From the NCBI GenBank assembly GCA_001801885.1, contig MGYU01000006.1, forward strand, positions 1 to 52,464: 52,464 nucleotides of DNA, given 5' to 3'. Source of the DNA: Gammaproteobacteria bacterium RIFCSPLOWO2_12_47_11. Lineage in GTDB: Bacteria > Pseudomonadota > Gammaproteobacteria > Eutrophobiales > Eutrophobiaceae. Below are positions 1 to 9,735 of the stretch, piece by piece (positions within the stretch are counted from its first letter, which is position 1; every line of letters begins with the position of its first letter). The notes below the pieces were generated by a model. The model was given only the letters and a program-made list of their open reading frames with translations. It was not told the origin of the DNA and searched no databases. Position numbers and translations under genes: made by a program.

Positions 1-130
1 CCTGCTCTAAACTTTGTGAAGTATCAATCCCATCAAAAGTCGTTTCCGGATTGGCGAAAATATGGGTATCGGTCAACTGGATCAGTTCGATATAATCAGG
101 GTTTGATTTTGATAACACGATCGAAGTCAT
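1..130 (-). CDS. cpdA: 3',5'-cyclic-AMP phosphodiesterase CpdA/Icc, N-terminal part only (runs off window start; start ATG 130 or GTG 118)
   Basis: Not in the ORF track. Manual translation gives MTSIVLSKSNPDYIELIQLTDTHIFANPETTFDGIDTSQSLEQ, containing the metallophosphoesterase motif I (Q-x-T-D-x-H) and the G-x-x-T-x-x-S-L segment typical of CpdA. Confidence 0.75.
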   Translation of the reverse strand, partial: MTSIVLSKSNPDYIELIQLTDTHIFANPETTFDGIDTSQSLEQ

Positions 131-156
131 AAGATCATTTTAGTACGAATCTGGCC

Positions 157-819
157 ATGAAACGCAAGACCATTAACATTACCGATCAACTGTATGATTA
201 TTTGCTTTCTGTTTCGCTCAAGGAAACGGAACTCCAGCGCGAATTGCGTGCGGACACAGCAAAGCAGCCCCAGGCCATAATGCAGGTCGGGCCGGACCAG
301 GGACAGTTGATGGCAATGCTCATCCGGTTAATGCATGCAAAAAAGATCATTGAAATAGGTGTGTTCACCGGTTACAGCTCGTTGTGCATGGCCATGGCAT
401 TACCCGATGACGGCCATATTGTGGCCTGTGATATCAATAAAGAATATACAGACATTGCCCGGCAGTATTGGCGAAAGGCCGGTGTTGCGGACAAGATAGA
501 ACTGGTCCTGGCCCCGGCCATCCGGACCCTGGATAAACTGCTCGCCCAGGGCGAACAGGGAACTTATGATTTTGTCTTTATCGACGCGGACAAGCCGGAA
601 TATCCGGATTACTATGAACGTTCACTGCAATTGATCCGGAAAGGCGGATTGATAGCCATTGATAATGTGCTCTGGTACGGCAAGCCCGCCGATCCGGTCG
701 AGAAAGACAAGGACACACTGGCAATACGGAAATTCAATCAGAAACTCTACCAGGACAGCCGGGTCATGATCAGCATGTTGACCATCGCGGATGGTTTAAC
801 GCTGGCGCTTAAACTCTAG
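157..819 (+). CDS. SAM-dependent O-methyltransferase (caffeoyl-CoA OMT / Methyltransf_3 family)
   Basis: Motifs IIEIGVFTGYSSL, FVFIDADK, GGLIAIDNVLW. Confidence 0.9.
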   Translation: MKRKTINITDQLYDYLLSVSLKETELQRELRADTAKQPQAIMQVGPDQGQLMAMLIRLMHAKKIIEIGVFTGYSSLCMAMALPDDGHIVACDINKEYTDIARQYWRKAGVADKIELVLAPAIRTLDKLLAQGEQGTYDFVFIDADKPEYPDYYERSLQLIRKGGLIAIDNVLWYGKPADPVEKDKDTLAIRKFNQKLYQDSRVMISMLTIADGLTLALKL

Positions 820-2722
820 TAATAAAGAAATTTTCTACATCTGCAATATTGCCGGTGATATTCATCCTGGGCAGGCTGTTCAGGAATTTTTTCCCGTAGG
901 ATTTTGAACGTAACCTCGGATCACAGATCATCAACACTCCGTAGTCATTCATATCACGGATTAACCGGCCCACACCCTGTTTCAGAACAATGATGGCCTG
1001 TGGTAACTGGTAATCCATGAAAGGATTAATTCCCTGTTCCTGCATCTTCACTGCGCGTGCGCGGAATACCGGATCATCCGGCGCGGCGAACGGCAGTTTA
1101 TCGATGATGACACTGGACAATGCCTGCCCTTTAACATCCACCCCTTCCCAGAAACTGCTGGTGCCGAGTAAGACAGCATGTTTCGTACGCCTGAATGTCT
1201 CGAGTAATTCTGTTCTGGGCGCATCACCCTGTACCAGGATTGGATAATCAAGTTTATTCTTAATCAGATCTGTCGCTTCCCGCAGGGCGCGATGACTGGT
1301 GAAGAGGATAAAGGCGTGGCCCTGACTGGCCTGTATGACCGGTAGTGCGGCATTAATGACGGCTGAAGTATAAGCCGGCTCCCCCGGCTCAGGCATATTT
1401 TCAGGGAGATACAGCAATGCCTGTTTTTGATAATCAAACGGGCTTGGCCAGGTTTGTGATTTGATTTCATTCAAGCCGAGTTGCCCGGCAAAATGACTGA
1501 AATCATCACCCACTGCCAATGTCGCTGAAGTGTAAATGCACTGGCATTCATGTTGTGAAAGGTGTTGTTGAAAAATACTGGAAATATCCAGCGGTGTCTG
1601 GTGCAACAAAAATCCATGGCCCCGGCTCTCCAGCCACTGGACAAATTCATCACTCTCGCGTTCCCTGAAATCCTTCAGCATACCCAGCAGATTGCCTGCC
1701 CGCTTCCAGCAATTTTCCAGTGACTTTGAACGTGATGATAACTGGTCCAGTGCACTTTCAAGTGCAGCCAGCTTTTCATATAGCACATCAAATGTACCGC
1801 TAATGCTTTTATCAACTGATACTTCCAGCCAGGCTGAGCGTCGATCACTATTCCCAAGGGTAAGGCGGAATTTTTGCAAGCTGGTCTGCAATACATCGGG
1901 AATTTCAGTAAATCCCGGAACATCATTGGCGTCACTCAGATAAGCAGCACGCGTATCATTAATGAGTTCAAGTAACTGGCGGCTGCTTACCGTGCTGCCA
2001 AAAAAATCAGCGGCCAGTTCAGGGAGTTGATGGGCTTCATCAAAAATAATGAAACTGGCCTTGGGCAACACCTCACCGAAACCGGTATCACGCAGGGCCA
2101 GATCCGCCATCAGCAAATGATGATTGACGATAACGAGGTCTGCTTCATTTGCGTTGCGCCGTGCCTTCAATACAAAACATTCATCATAAAATTCACAGTC
2201 CTGTCCCAGGCAATTGTCTGCAGTTGAGGTAATGCCGGACTGTACCGGTGAATTCTCCGGAAGGTCCGCCAGTTCAGTCAGATCGCCGGTCGCAGTCTGT
2301 GCCGACCAGTGTTTTATGGATACCAGGCTGTCTTGTAACTGGACCGGCATGGCCCGGTTATGCTTTTCATATTCAACCAGTCGGAATTTACAAAGATAAT
2401 TGGCCCGGCCTTTAAGCAAGGTTGTATTCACGGGCAAACCCAGCGCCCTGCTGACAACAGGAAGGTCTTTGTAAAATAATTGGTCCTGCAGGTGTTTGGT
2501 GCCTGTAGAAATAATGATTTTTTTTCCTGACATCAAGGCCGGTACGAGATAAGCAAATGTTTTACCGGTGCCGGTACCGGCTTCGCAGATCAGGGATTCT
2601 TCATCTGCCATAGCCCTGGCTATAGCTGTGGCCAGTTCCAGTTGTTGTTCCCTGACAGCATAATCCGGTAGCTGCCTGGCGATAGCCCCCTGTTTTGAAA
2701 AAACATCCGCTGCTTCTAGCAA
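809..2722 (-). CDS. yoaA: ATP-dependent DNA helicase, DinG/YoaA family (Fe-S)
   Basis: Q motif REQQ, Walker A EAGTGTGKT, KGRANYLC and CxxxxC Fe-S cysteines, DEAH, SFWEGVD, QGVGRLIR. Confidence 0.88.
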   Translation of the reverse strand: MLEAADVFSKQGAIARQLPDYAVREQQLELATAIARAMADEESLICEAGTGTGKTFAYLVPALMSGKKIIISTGTKHLQDQLFYKDLPVVSRALGLPVNTTLLKGRANYLCKFRLVEYEKHNRAMPVQLQDSLVSIKHWSAQTATGDLTELADLPENSPVQSGITSTADNCLGQDCEFYDECFVLKARRNANEADLVIVNHHLLMADLALRDTGFGEVLPKASFIIFDEAHQLPELAADFFGSTVSSRQLLELINDTRAAYLSDANDVPGFTEIPDVLQTSLQKFRLTLGNSDRRSAWLEVSVDKSISGTFDVLYEKLAALESALDQLSSRSKSLENCWKRAGNLLGMLKDFRERESDEFVQWLESRGHGFLLHQTPLDISSIFQQHLSQHECQCIYTSATLAVGDDFSHFAGQLGLNEIKSQTWPSPFDYQKQALLYLPENMPEPGEPAYTSAVINAALPVIQASQGHAFILFTSHRALREATDLIKNKLDYPILVQGDAPRTELLETFRRTKHAVLLGTSSFWEGVDVKGQALSSVIIDKLPFAAPDDPVFRARAVKMQEQGINPFMDYQLPQAIIVLKQGVGRLIRDMNDYGVLMICDPRLRSKSYGKKFLNSLPRMNITGNIADVENFFITRV

Positions 2723-2742
2723 TGCAATACTCCGCTTGTCTC

Positions 2743-3702
2743 TCAGGCCCGGTCAACCGGGAAAGCAATTACTTCACGGATGTCTGTGCAATGATGCATG
2801 GCCATCAACAAACGATCTACCCCGACAGCCACCCCGGCACAGGGTGGTAATCCATATTTCAAGGCTTCAATAAATTTCTCGTCAATGAAAACTTCCGGTT
2901 TGCCTGACTTTTCCCGTTGCAGATTGTCCTGCACAAATCTCTTTTTCTGTTCACCGGCATCACACAATTCATGGAAACCATTGGCTATCTCCAGACCATG
3001 AATGAACAGTTCAAATCTTTCCGCAACCGGCGGATCGGAATGCCTGATCCTGGCCAGCGCGGACTGTACAACCGGAAAGTCATAAATCATGTGCGGGCAT
3101 TCATGGCCGAGATGATCGCAGACACAGTGACTGAAAATAAAATCCAGTAAAACCGATCTTTCATCACCCTGTGCGGTGTATCCATAATCAGTTGCAGTCT
3201 TTTGTAATTCCACCAGTGCCGTGGTGTGGGGATCTAAATCAGTCTTTTCTTTAAATACTTCGGCATAGGTTTTTTTCTGTGCAGGTTTGAAATTCAATAC
3301 CTGCAGTAATTCATCCAGTTCATCCATTAACTGATGATGATCATATTCAGGGCGGTACCACTCCAGCATGGTGAATTCCGGATTGTGATATTTGCCAATT
3401 TCGTTGTCCCTGAACACCCGGCATATCTGATATATCGGACCACTGCCTGATGCCAATAATCTTTTCATCGCGTATTCAGGAGAGGTATGTAAAAAATGTT
3501 TTCGTATATGACGGCCACCCGGATACTGTAAAGCAGTTTCAAAACTCTCGATATGTGGATCGGATACAGCCGCATCGACGAGTATGGGTGTTTCAACCTC
3601 AAGAATCCCATGTTTGTTCATAAACTTACGCAACTTTTCAAGTAACCGGGCACGGGCGAGTAACATCTCAAAGGATACTGCCGGTTGCCATTTGGTTTTC
3701 AT
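2743..3702 (-). CDS. epmA: EF-P beta-lysyl ligase EpmA (GenX/PoxA)
   Basis: LHTSPEYAMKRLL, HNPEFTMLEWYR, GLEIANGFHEL, GVAVGVDRL; no anticodon-binding domain; adjacent to efp. Confidence 0.95.
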   Translation of the reverse strand: MKTKWQPAVSFEMLLARARLLEKLRKFMNKHGILEVETPILVDAAVSDPHIESFETALQYPGGRHIRKHFLHTSPEYAMKRLLASGSGPIYQICRVFRDNEIGKYHNPEFTMLEWYRPEYDHHQLMDELDELLQVLNFKPAQKKTYAEVFKEKTDLDPHTTALVELQKTATDYGYTAQGDERSVLLDFIFSHCVCDHLGHECPHMIYDFPVVQSALARIRHSDPPVAERFELFIHGLEIANGFHELCDAGEQKKRFVQDNLQREKSGKPEVFIDEKFIEALKYGLPPCAGVAVGVDRLLMAMHHCTDIREVIAFPVDRA

Positions 3703-3731
3703 TACCAGGGGACTATCTAGGAATTTCCCGG

Positions 3732-4295
3732 TCAGGCACGGCTCATGTATGCGCCGGTGCGGGTATCAATCCTGATTTTTTCACCTTTTTCCACAAACAG
3801 GGGGACCTTGACGACTGCACCAGTTTCAAGCTTCGCCGGTTTGGAACCACCTGTGGCTGTGTCACCACGTATACCCGGATCAGTATCAGAAATTTCAAGG
3901 ACAACAAAATTAGGCGGGCTGACTGTCAGGGGAGCCCCATTCCACAGGGTCATGGTGCAGAGTTCCTCACCCTTAATCCATTGAGCAGTATCTTCCATGG
4001 CCTTTTCGCCGGCCATATATTGTTCGTAGTTTTCCTGATTCATGAAATACCAGAGTTCACCATCGTTGTATAAATACTGCACTTCCAGATCAATGACATC
4101 TGCGGCGTCAAGTGTATCACCTGACTTGAATGTACGCTCTATCACACGCCCTGTCTTCAGATTACGCAATTTGACGCGGTTAAATGCCTGGCCTTTCCCC
4201 GGCTTTACATATTCGTTAGTAAGTATCGCGCAAGGATCGTTATCAAGCATTACCTTGAGACCGGCCTTGAATTCATTTGTGCTGAAAGTTCCCAT
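3732..4295 (-). CDS. efp: Translation elongation factor P (KPGKG, Lys-modified type)
   Basis: VKPGKGQAF loop, [20 protein letters not shown]. Confidence 0.98.
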   Translation of the reverse strand: MGTFSTNEFKAGLKVMLDNDPCAILTNEYVKPGKGQAFNRVKLRNLKTGRVIERTFKSGDTLDAADVIDLEVQYLYNDGELWYFMNQENYEQYMAGEKAMEDTAQWIKGEELCTMTLWNGAPLTVSPPNFVVLEISDTDPGIRGDTATGGSKPAKLETGAVVKVPLFVEKGEKIRIDTRTGAYMSRA

Positions 4296-4360
4296 ATTTC
4301 CCTCGTGGTGTTAATTCTCATATGATAAAGGCCGCTATCATACATTGAAGAAGGAAAATT

Positions 4361-5341
4361 ATGCAGCAGGCAAATTGGCAGGCAGAGTTACGAAAAACAA
4401 AAATCGGCCCTGCCACATTACTCGAAGATATCGGATTGGCTCGCAATGCCCCGGCATTGGCAAACCAGGCCGCCATTTCTTTTCCTTTGCGTGTCACCGA
4501 AGGGTTTAAAAACAGAATAACCAATGGAGATGAACATGACCCCCTGCTACGCCAGATTTTACCCCTGGCGGAAGAGGATCGGGATCACCCTGATTTCAGT
4601 TTCGATCCACTCGCTGAATATGCAAAACAACCCGTCCCGGGTCTCCTGCATAAATATCATGGCCGTGCCCTGCTGGTGGTGACGGGTGCCTGTGCCATAC
4701 ATTGCCGCTATTGTTTCCGCCGTCATTTTCCTTATGCTGAATCAAACCCGGCCAGCCAGCAATGGCAAACTGCCCTGGATTACCTCGCCCGGGACCAGAC
4801 TGTTACTGAAATAATATTAAGCGGTGGTGATCCCCTGACTGTAAGTGACGAACGTTTATCCGGACTGGTACAGTCTCTGGCAGATATCCCGCACATTAAA
4901 CGGTTACGCATACATAGCCGGATACCTGTCGTCCTGCCTGAACGGATTGTTGATACATTGCTGGACTGGCTGACCGGTACACGCCTCAGGCCGGTGATGG
5001 TGGTGCATGCCAATCATGCCAATGAACTCGATAATTCAGTAGCCATGGCCATGGAAAAGTTGAAGCGTGCCCATGTTCCGTTACTGAACCAGTCAGTTTT
5101 ATTGAGGGGGGTCAATGATTCAGTCACTGCACTGGCTATGCTCAGTGAACGGTTGTTTGATTACGGTATCCTGCCCTATTATCTGCACATGCTTGACCCA
5201 GTAAAGGGGGCCGCCCATTTTGCGGTTGATGAAACGCAGGCAAGGTCGATCATGCAAGGCTTGCGTGAATTACTGCCCGGTTATCTGGTACCGAAACTGG
5301 TCAGGGAGATTCCCGATACTCCCAGCAAAATACTTTTATAA
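4361..5341 (+). CDS. epmB: EF-P beta-lysylation protein EpmB (lysine 2,3-aminomutase family radical SAM)
   Basis: LHKYHGRALL, CAIHCRYCFRR, SGGDPL, LNQSVLLRGVND, PYYLH; divergent from efp. Confidence 0.95.
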   Translation: MQQANWQAELRKTKIGPATLLEDIGLARNAPALANQAAISFPLRVTEGFKNRITNGDEHDPLLRQILPLAEEDRDHPDFSFDPLAEYAKQPVPGLLHKYHGRALLVVTGACAIHCRYCFRRHFPYAESNPASQQWQTALDYLARDQTVTEIILSGGDPLTVSDERLSGLVQSLADIPHIKRLRIHSRIPVVLPERIVDTLLDWLTGTRLRPVMVVHANHANELDNSVAMAMEKLKRAHVPLLNQSVLLRGVNDSVTALAMLSERLFDYGILPYYLHMLDPVKGAAHFAVDETQARSIMQGLRELLPGYLVPKLVREIPDTPSKILL

Positions 5342-5473
5342 TCGTTAATTATCCGGGGTTAATGTTGTTCACGGCGTACTGCTATATTCGCCCATGATGG
5401 GATATACTTCATCCCCTGAATTAACCCACTTATCTGAAGTGCCTGAAATATAAAAATAATTTAGCTGATTATA

Positions 5474-7171
5474 ATGTCTGTACTTTCGATTCAAAACATA
5501 CTCATCATCGATGATTCAGCAGATTACCGGAAATTACTGACGACCTTCTTCAGGAAAGTCTGTCCATCGGCCCATGTTGAAGAATATGACCCCGCCAAAG
5601 GCAGGCCACCGGAATCATTTTCCTGGGGTGACTTTGATCTGTTGATACTCGATTATGATCTTGGCAACGGTGAAAATGGTCTGGAATGGCTGCGCCAGTA
5701 CAAGACATCAGTCGATTTTCCGCCCACTATTATGCTCACGGCAAAAGATAATGAAGAACTGGTCGTTAATGCTATCCGTTTCGGCGCCCAGAGTTTTCTG
5801 CGCAAGCCGGGTTTGACCAGGAATCTTCTTATCGAATCTATCAACGATGCGCTCACTAAATATAAACAGGAAAAGCATAAAGCCAGTTCCCAGAAGATCC
5901 AGGTCCATCTTTTTAACAAGGAAAAGTTTTTTGAAACATTAAAGACTGTTAAAAAAAATGACGCAGTCTATCTTGTGGAGATTGATAAATATCAATCCTT
6001 GTATGAAACACTGGGGATTTTTGCAACAGACAAATTTGTAAATTTCTTTATCGACACGATTTCCAGAACAATAAAAACAGCCGGTTATCGGGGCCAGATG
6101 ACCCGGATTGCAGATTCCACTGTGGCCGTTTTGCTTGCGAACAATGACCCTGCAGTGGACATTGAAAATCTGGCCAAAAAACTTTGCAATGCATTTAATC
6201 ATGCGGAATACAAAAATGATAATGTGACCGTGAAATTTTCCGTAAATATCGGTGCTATATCCATAGATGAGGAAAAATCAGATGTGATGAGCATCCTCGC
6301 AAAAATCGAGCATGCCTGCCGCAAGGCGCGGGAAACAGATGGTAACTCTTATATTATTGAATGGCATGAGATTGTAAAAGTACCGCCGGCTTTTGACCAG
6401 GCATTCGGCATAGAGGTCACCAATGCTCTCGAAGAAGACCGGCTGAAACTGTTATTTCAGTCACTCATACTCGTATCTGGAACAGCACATAAGGATTACA
6501 AGGACATCTATCAGGCACGTGTATCCCTGCTGGATATAAACAATAATATCATCGAACCTAAAAAATTCCTTCCGGTGCTGGAGAAATCCAAATCCATGAA
6601 AAAGCTGGACCGCTGGGTGATCCGGTATTGCGTGTCTGAACTGGCAAAACTGGTTTCCGGAAAAGCGAAAAAACCCGGGATACTGGTCCCATTATCAGCA
6701 CAGTCCATTGACGACAAGGGTCTTACCGACTGGATCAATAAATTAATTGAGCATGTAAAATTACCGGGGCTGGGAAATTCACTTATTTTTGAGGTCAATG
6801 TCAAGGATTTCCTGCCCAACATCCGGCAGGCGAAACTACAGTTCAATAAATTGCGGGTGAAACTCAATGCCTCAATCGCCCTCATCGGGTTGAATGAGTT
6901 ATCCGTTATGGAAAAATGCCTGCTACAGGAGAAATTTGATTTTGTAATCTTCTCGCCTGAACACACAGGCAAGGAGAAGATGCCGATGGATCAAATACAG
7001 AACATAATAAACATGGCGAAAGAATACAAAGTTCTCACTGTAGCCAGTAAAATAGACAGTGGTGAATATCTCGCTTTGTCAGCCAGTGCCGGTACGGATT
7101 ATGTGCTGGGTCATTTTGTACAACCCCCGATGGAAAATATTATTTCTACCGAAGAAGTTGTCGTGCGCTAG
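5474..7171 (+). CDS. Response regulator REC + degenerate GGDEF + degenerate EAL protein (FimX-like architecture without PAS)
   Basis: REC looks intact (IIDD, LILDY, MLTA, FLRKP). GGDEF position reads RIADST. EAL region has LLFQSL...YQARV...LDRWV and no DDFG motif. Confidence 0.8.
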   Translation: MSVLSIQNILIIDDSADYRKLLTTFFRKVCPSAHVEEYDPAKGRPPESFSWGDFDLLILDYDLGNGENGLEWLRQYKTSVDFPPTIMLTAKDNEELVVNAIRFGAQSFLRKPGLTRNLLIESINDALTKYKQEKHKASSQKIQVHLFNKEKFFETLKTVKKNDAVYLVEIDKYQSLYETLGIFATDKFVNFFIDTISRTIKTAGYRGQMTRIADSTVAVLLANNDPAVDIENLAKKLCNAFNHAEYKNDNVTVKFSVNIGAISIDEEKSDVMSILAKIEHACRKARETDGNSYIIEWHEIVKVPPAFDQAFGIEVTNALEEDRLKLLFQSLILVSGTAHKDYKDIYQARVSLLDINNNIIEPKKFLPVLEKSKSMKKLDRWVIRYCVSELAKLVSGKAKKPGILVPLSAQSIDDKGLTDWINKLIEHVKLPGLGNSLIFEVNVKDFLPNIRQAKLQFNKLRVKLNASIALIGLNELSVMEKCLLQEKFDFVIFSPEHTGKEKMPMDQIQNIINMAKEYKVLTVASKIDSGEYLALSASAGTDYVLGHFVQPPMENIISTEEVVVR

Positions 7172-7179
7172 GAAAAAAA

Positions 7180-9432
7180 TCAATCCGTCACCTTGAGTCT
7201 GAAAACATTCCGGTAACCTCTGGGCAACAGGTTCCCCCGCCTGCCACGTTCACCGGTGTAGGCTACAATATCCTTCGGTTTTAATACCAGCTTGCGCTGT
7301 CCTGCAAAGACTGTCAGACAGCTACCGGCAGGAATGACAGTGACAGCAACCACATACTCTTCCCTCGCTTTTAATTTTGCCGAAGGAATATTGATAATCT
7401 TCAAGCCCTTGCCCCTGGGAAGAACCGGCAATTCACTGGCCCTTATAACCAGGAAATGACCGGCAGAGGATACGGCCGCCACCTGATCAGAAGGCATATC
7501 GTTGACTGCTGCCGGGATTAATACCTTTGCCCCTTTAGGAACAGAGACAATCGACTTGCCACTCTTGTTTTTAGTGATCAGATCATCCAGTCTGGCAATG
7601 AAACCATAACCACTATCAGACGCCAACAGGTAATGGCTGTCCGGTAGTCCCATCATCACACCCTCAAAACTGGCACCTTCAGGCGGATTTAACCTGCTGG
7701 CAACAGGCTCACCGAGGCTTCTTGCGGAAGGCAACAAGTGTGCGGGCAAGGCATAACAACGGCCCGTCGAATCCAGGAACACCGCGTTCTGATTGCTGCG
7801 GCCACAGGCAGTGGATTTGAAACTATCACCGGGACGGTAAGCCAGTTCTTCCGGCACAATATCATGTCCTTTTGCAGCCCTTACCAGCCCCTTGTCGGAT
7901 AGTATGACTGTCACAGGTTCCGTCGGGATAAGATCAGTTTCATTGATTGCCTTTGCTTCTTCCCTTTCCTTCAATGGTGAACAGCGGTCATTGCCAAAGA
8001 TTTTTGCATCATCTTCCAGTTCCTTGCGGATCAGTGTTTTCAAACGTTGCCTGGACCCCAGTATCTGATCAATTGTTTTGCGTTCATTCTCGAGTGCCTT
8101 GAGTTCTCCCTTGATGCGGATCTCCTCCAGTTTTGCCAGTTTGCGCAGTTTCAATTCCAGAATCGCTTCGGCCTGGAGATCAGACAATTTGAAACGCTTC
8201 ATCAGGACCTGTTTAGGATTCTCTTCCTGCCGGATAATGGCAATGACTTCATCAATACTCAGGTAGGCGATCATCAATCCCTGCAGGATATGGATCTGGG
8301 CCAGCACTTTTTCCAGCCGGAATTGCAGGCGCCGTTTTACCGTTTCCGTGCGATAGGACAGCCATTCCCTGAGGACCATTTTGATGTCCTTGACCTGTGG
8401 CCGGCCATTGATACCTATCATATTGAGATTAACGCGGTAACTGCATTCGAGGTCGGTCGTGGCAAACAGGTGCGACATCAGTTCATCCAGATTGATCCGG
8501 TTGGAACGTGGGACCAATACGAGGCGCACCGGATCTTCATGATCTGATTCATCTCTGAGATCTTCCAGCATAGGCAGTTTTTTTGCCTGCATCTGGTTCG
8601 CAATTTGTTCCAGTATTTTTCCACCTGAACTCTGATATGGCAACGCGGTGATAATGATATTGCCGTCATCTTTTTCCCAGACAGCGCGCATCTTGATCGA
8701 TCCATGGCCTGTTTTATATATCGCCCGGATCTCTGATTTGGGAGTGATTATTTCCGCCTTTGTAGGAAAGTCCGGTCCCTTGATATATTTGCAGAGTTCA
8801 TCGATTGTTGTGTTGGAAGATACCAGCAGGCGGATACAGGCATTGGTCACTTCACGCAGGTTATGCGGTGTAATATCGGTGGCCATGCCAACTGCAATGC
8901 CAGTTGTCCCGTTCAACAGGATATTCGGCAGGCGTGCGGGTAACAGACGGGGCTCATTTAAAGTACCGTCAAAATTCGGCAACCAATCCACGGTCCCCTG
9001 CCCGAGTTCACCCAACAAACTGTCTGCATAAGGCGTAAGTCTGGATTCGGTATAACGCATGGCAGCAAATGACTTTGGATCATCCATGGATCCCCAGTTG
9101 CCCTGTCCATCAATCAATGGATAACGATAGGTAAACGGCTGTGCCATCAACACCATGGCCTCGTAACAGGCAGAATCGCCATGCGGGTGATACTTGCCGA
9201 TCACATCACCCACGGTACGTGCTGATTTTTTATATTTTGCCCCGGTCTTCAGACCGAGTTCTGACATGGCGTAGATGATCCTGCGTTGCACAGGTTTAAG
9301 GCCATCACCGATATGTGGCAAGGCACGATCAAGAATGACATACATGGAATAATTCAGGTATGCCTTCTCGGTGAATTCATGCAACGGTTGTCGTTCGTTG
9401 CGTTCGAAGTCGAGACTTAATGTTTCAGCCAC
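7180..9432 (-). CDS. parC: DNA topoisomerase IV subunit A
   Basis: [30 protein letters not shown] with the catalytic Tyr; short C-terminal domain without a GyrA box. Confidence 0.97.
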   Translation of the reverse strand: MAETLSLDFERNERQPLHEFTEKAYLNYSMYVILDRALPHIGDGLKPVQRRIIYAMSELGLKTGAKYKKSARTVGDVIGKYHPHGDSACYEAMVLMAQPFTYRYPLIDGQGNWGSMDDPKSFAAMRYTESRLTPYADSLLGELGQGTVDWLPNFDGTLNEPRLLPARLPNILLNGTTGIAVGMATDITPHNLREVTNACIRLLVSSNTTIDELCKYIKGPDFPTKAEIITPKSEIRAIYKTGHGSIKMRAVWEKDDGNIIITALPYQSSGGKILEQIANQMQAKKLPMLEDLRDESDHEDPVRLVLVPRSNRINLDELMSHLFATTDLECSYRVNLNMIGINGRPQVKDIKMVLREWLSYRTETVKRRLQFRLEKVLAQIHILQGLMIAYLSIDEVIAIIRQEENPKQVLMKRFKLSDLQAEAILELKLRKLAKLEEIRIKGELKALENERKTIDQILGSRQRLKTLIRKELEDDAKIFGNDRCSPLKEREEAKAINETDLIPTEPVTVILSDKGLVRAAKGHDIVPEELAYRPGDSFKSTACGRSNQNAVFLDSTGRCYALPAHLLPSARSLGEPVASRLNPPEGASFEGVMMGLPDSHYLLASDSGYGFIARLDDLITKNKSGKSIVSVPKGAKVLIPAAVNDMPSDQVAAVSSAGHFLVIRASELPVLPRGKGLKIINIPSAKLKAREEYVVAVTVIPAGSCLTVFAGQRKLVLKPKDIVAYTGERGRRGNLLPRGYRNVFRLKVTD

Positions 9433-9554
9433 TGTTTTCTCCGGATAAATTAAGCAATTAAAAGTTTGTCATCATAAATTCATACTGCTGACATTTCTCT
9501 ATCATACTTTTCACGCAAGATTGGCGCGTAACTTAATATGAAAGGAGAAATATC

Positions 9555-9725
9555 ATGCGAGTTGATCATTATCATATTCAGCGGTTTCTGGCATTATCTG
9601 AACTGTATTTCAGACTGACGGATAAAACGGCCTCCGATGTCAGCAGTGAAGAGATGGAGGAATTTCTCGAGGCCATCAATGAATGCTCGCCGCCTTCGAT
9701 GTCACCAGAACAATACGTGGCCTGA
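9555..9725 (+). CDS. Small hypothetical protein, 56 aa (MRVDHYHIQRFLALSELYFRLTDKTASDVSSEEMEEFLEAINECSPPSMSPEQYVA)
   Basis: Below the ORF-track cutoff. Strong SD AAAGGAGA at 9541-9548 before ATG 9555. Fills the parC-parE gap and stops 10 nt from the parE stop. Confidence 0.6.
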   Translation: MRVDHYHIQRFLALSELYFRLTDKTASDVSSEEMEEFLEAINECSPPSMSPEQYVA

Positions 9726-9735
9726 AGCCTGGGCA

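Noticed and set aside
9521-9536. Sigma54 promoter for the 56-aa ORF (TGGCGCG-N4-TTAA)
   Set aside because: The -24 element is good, but the required GC at -12 is absent.
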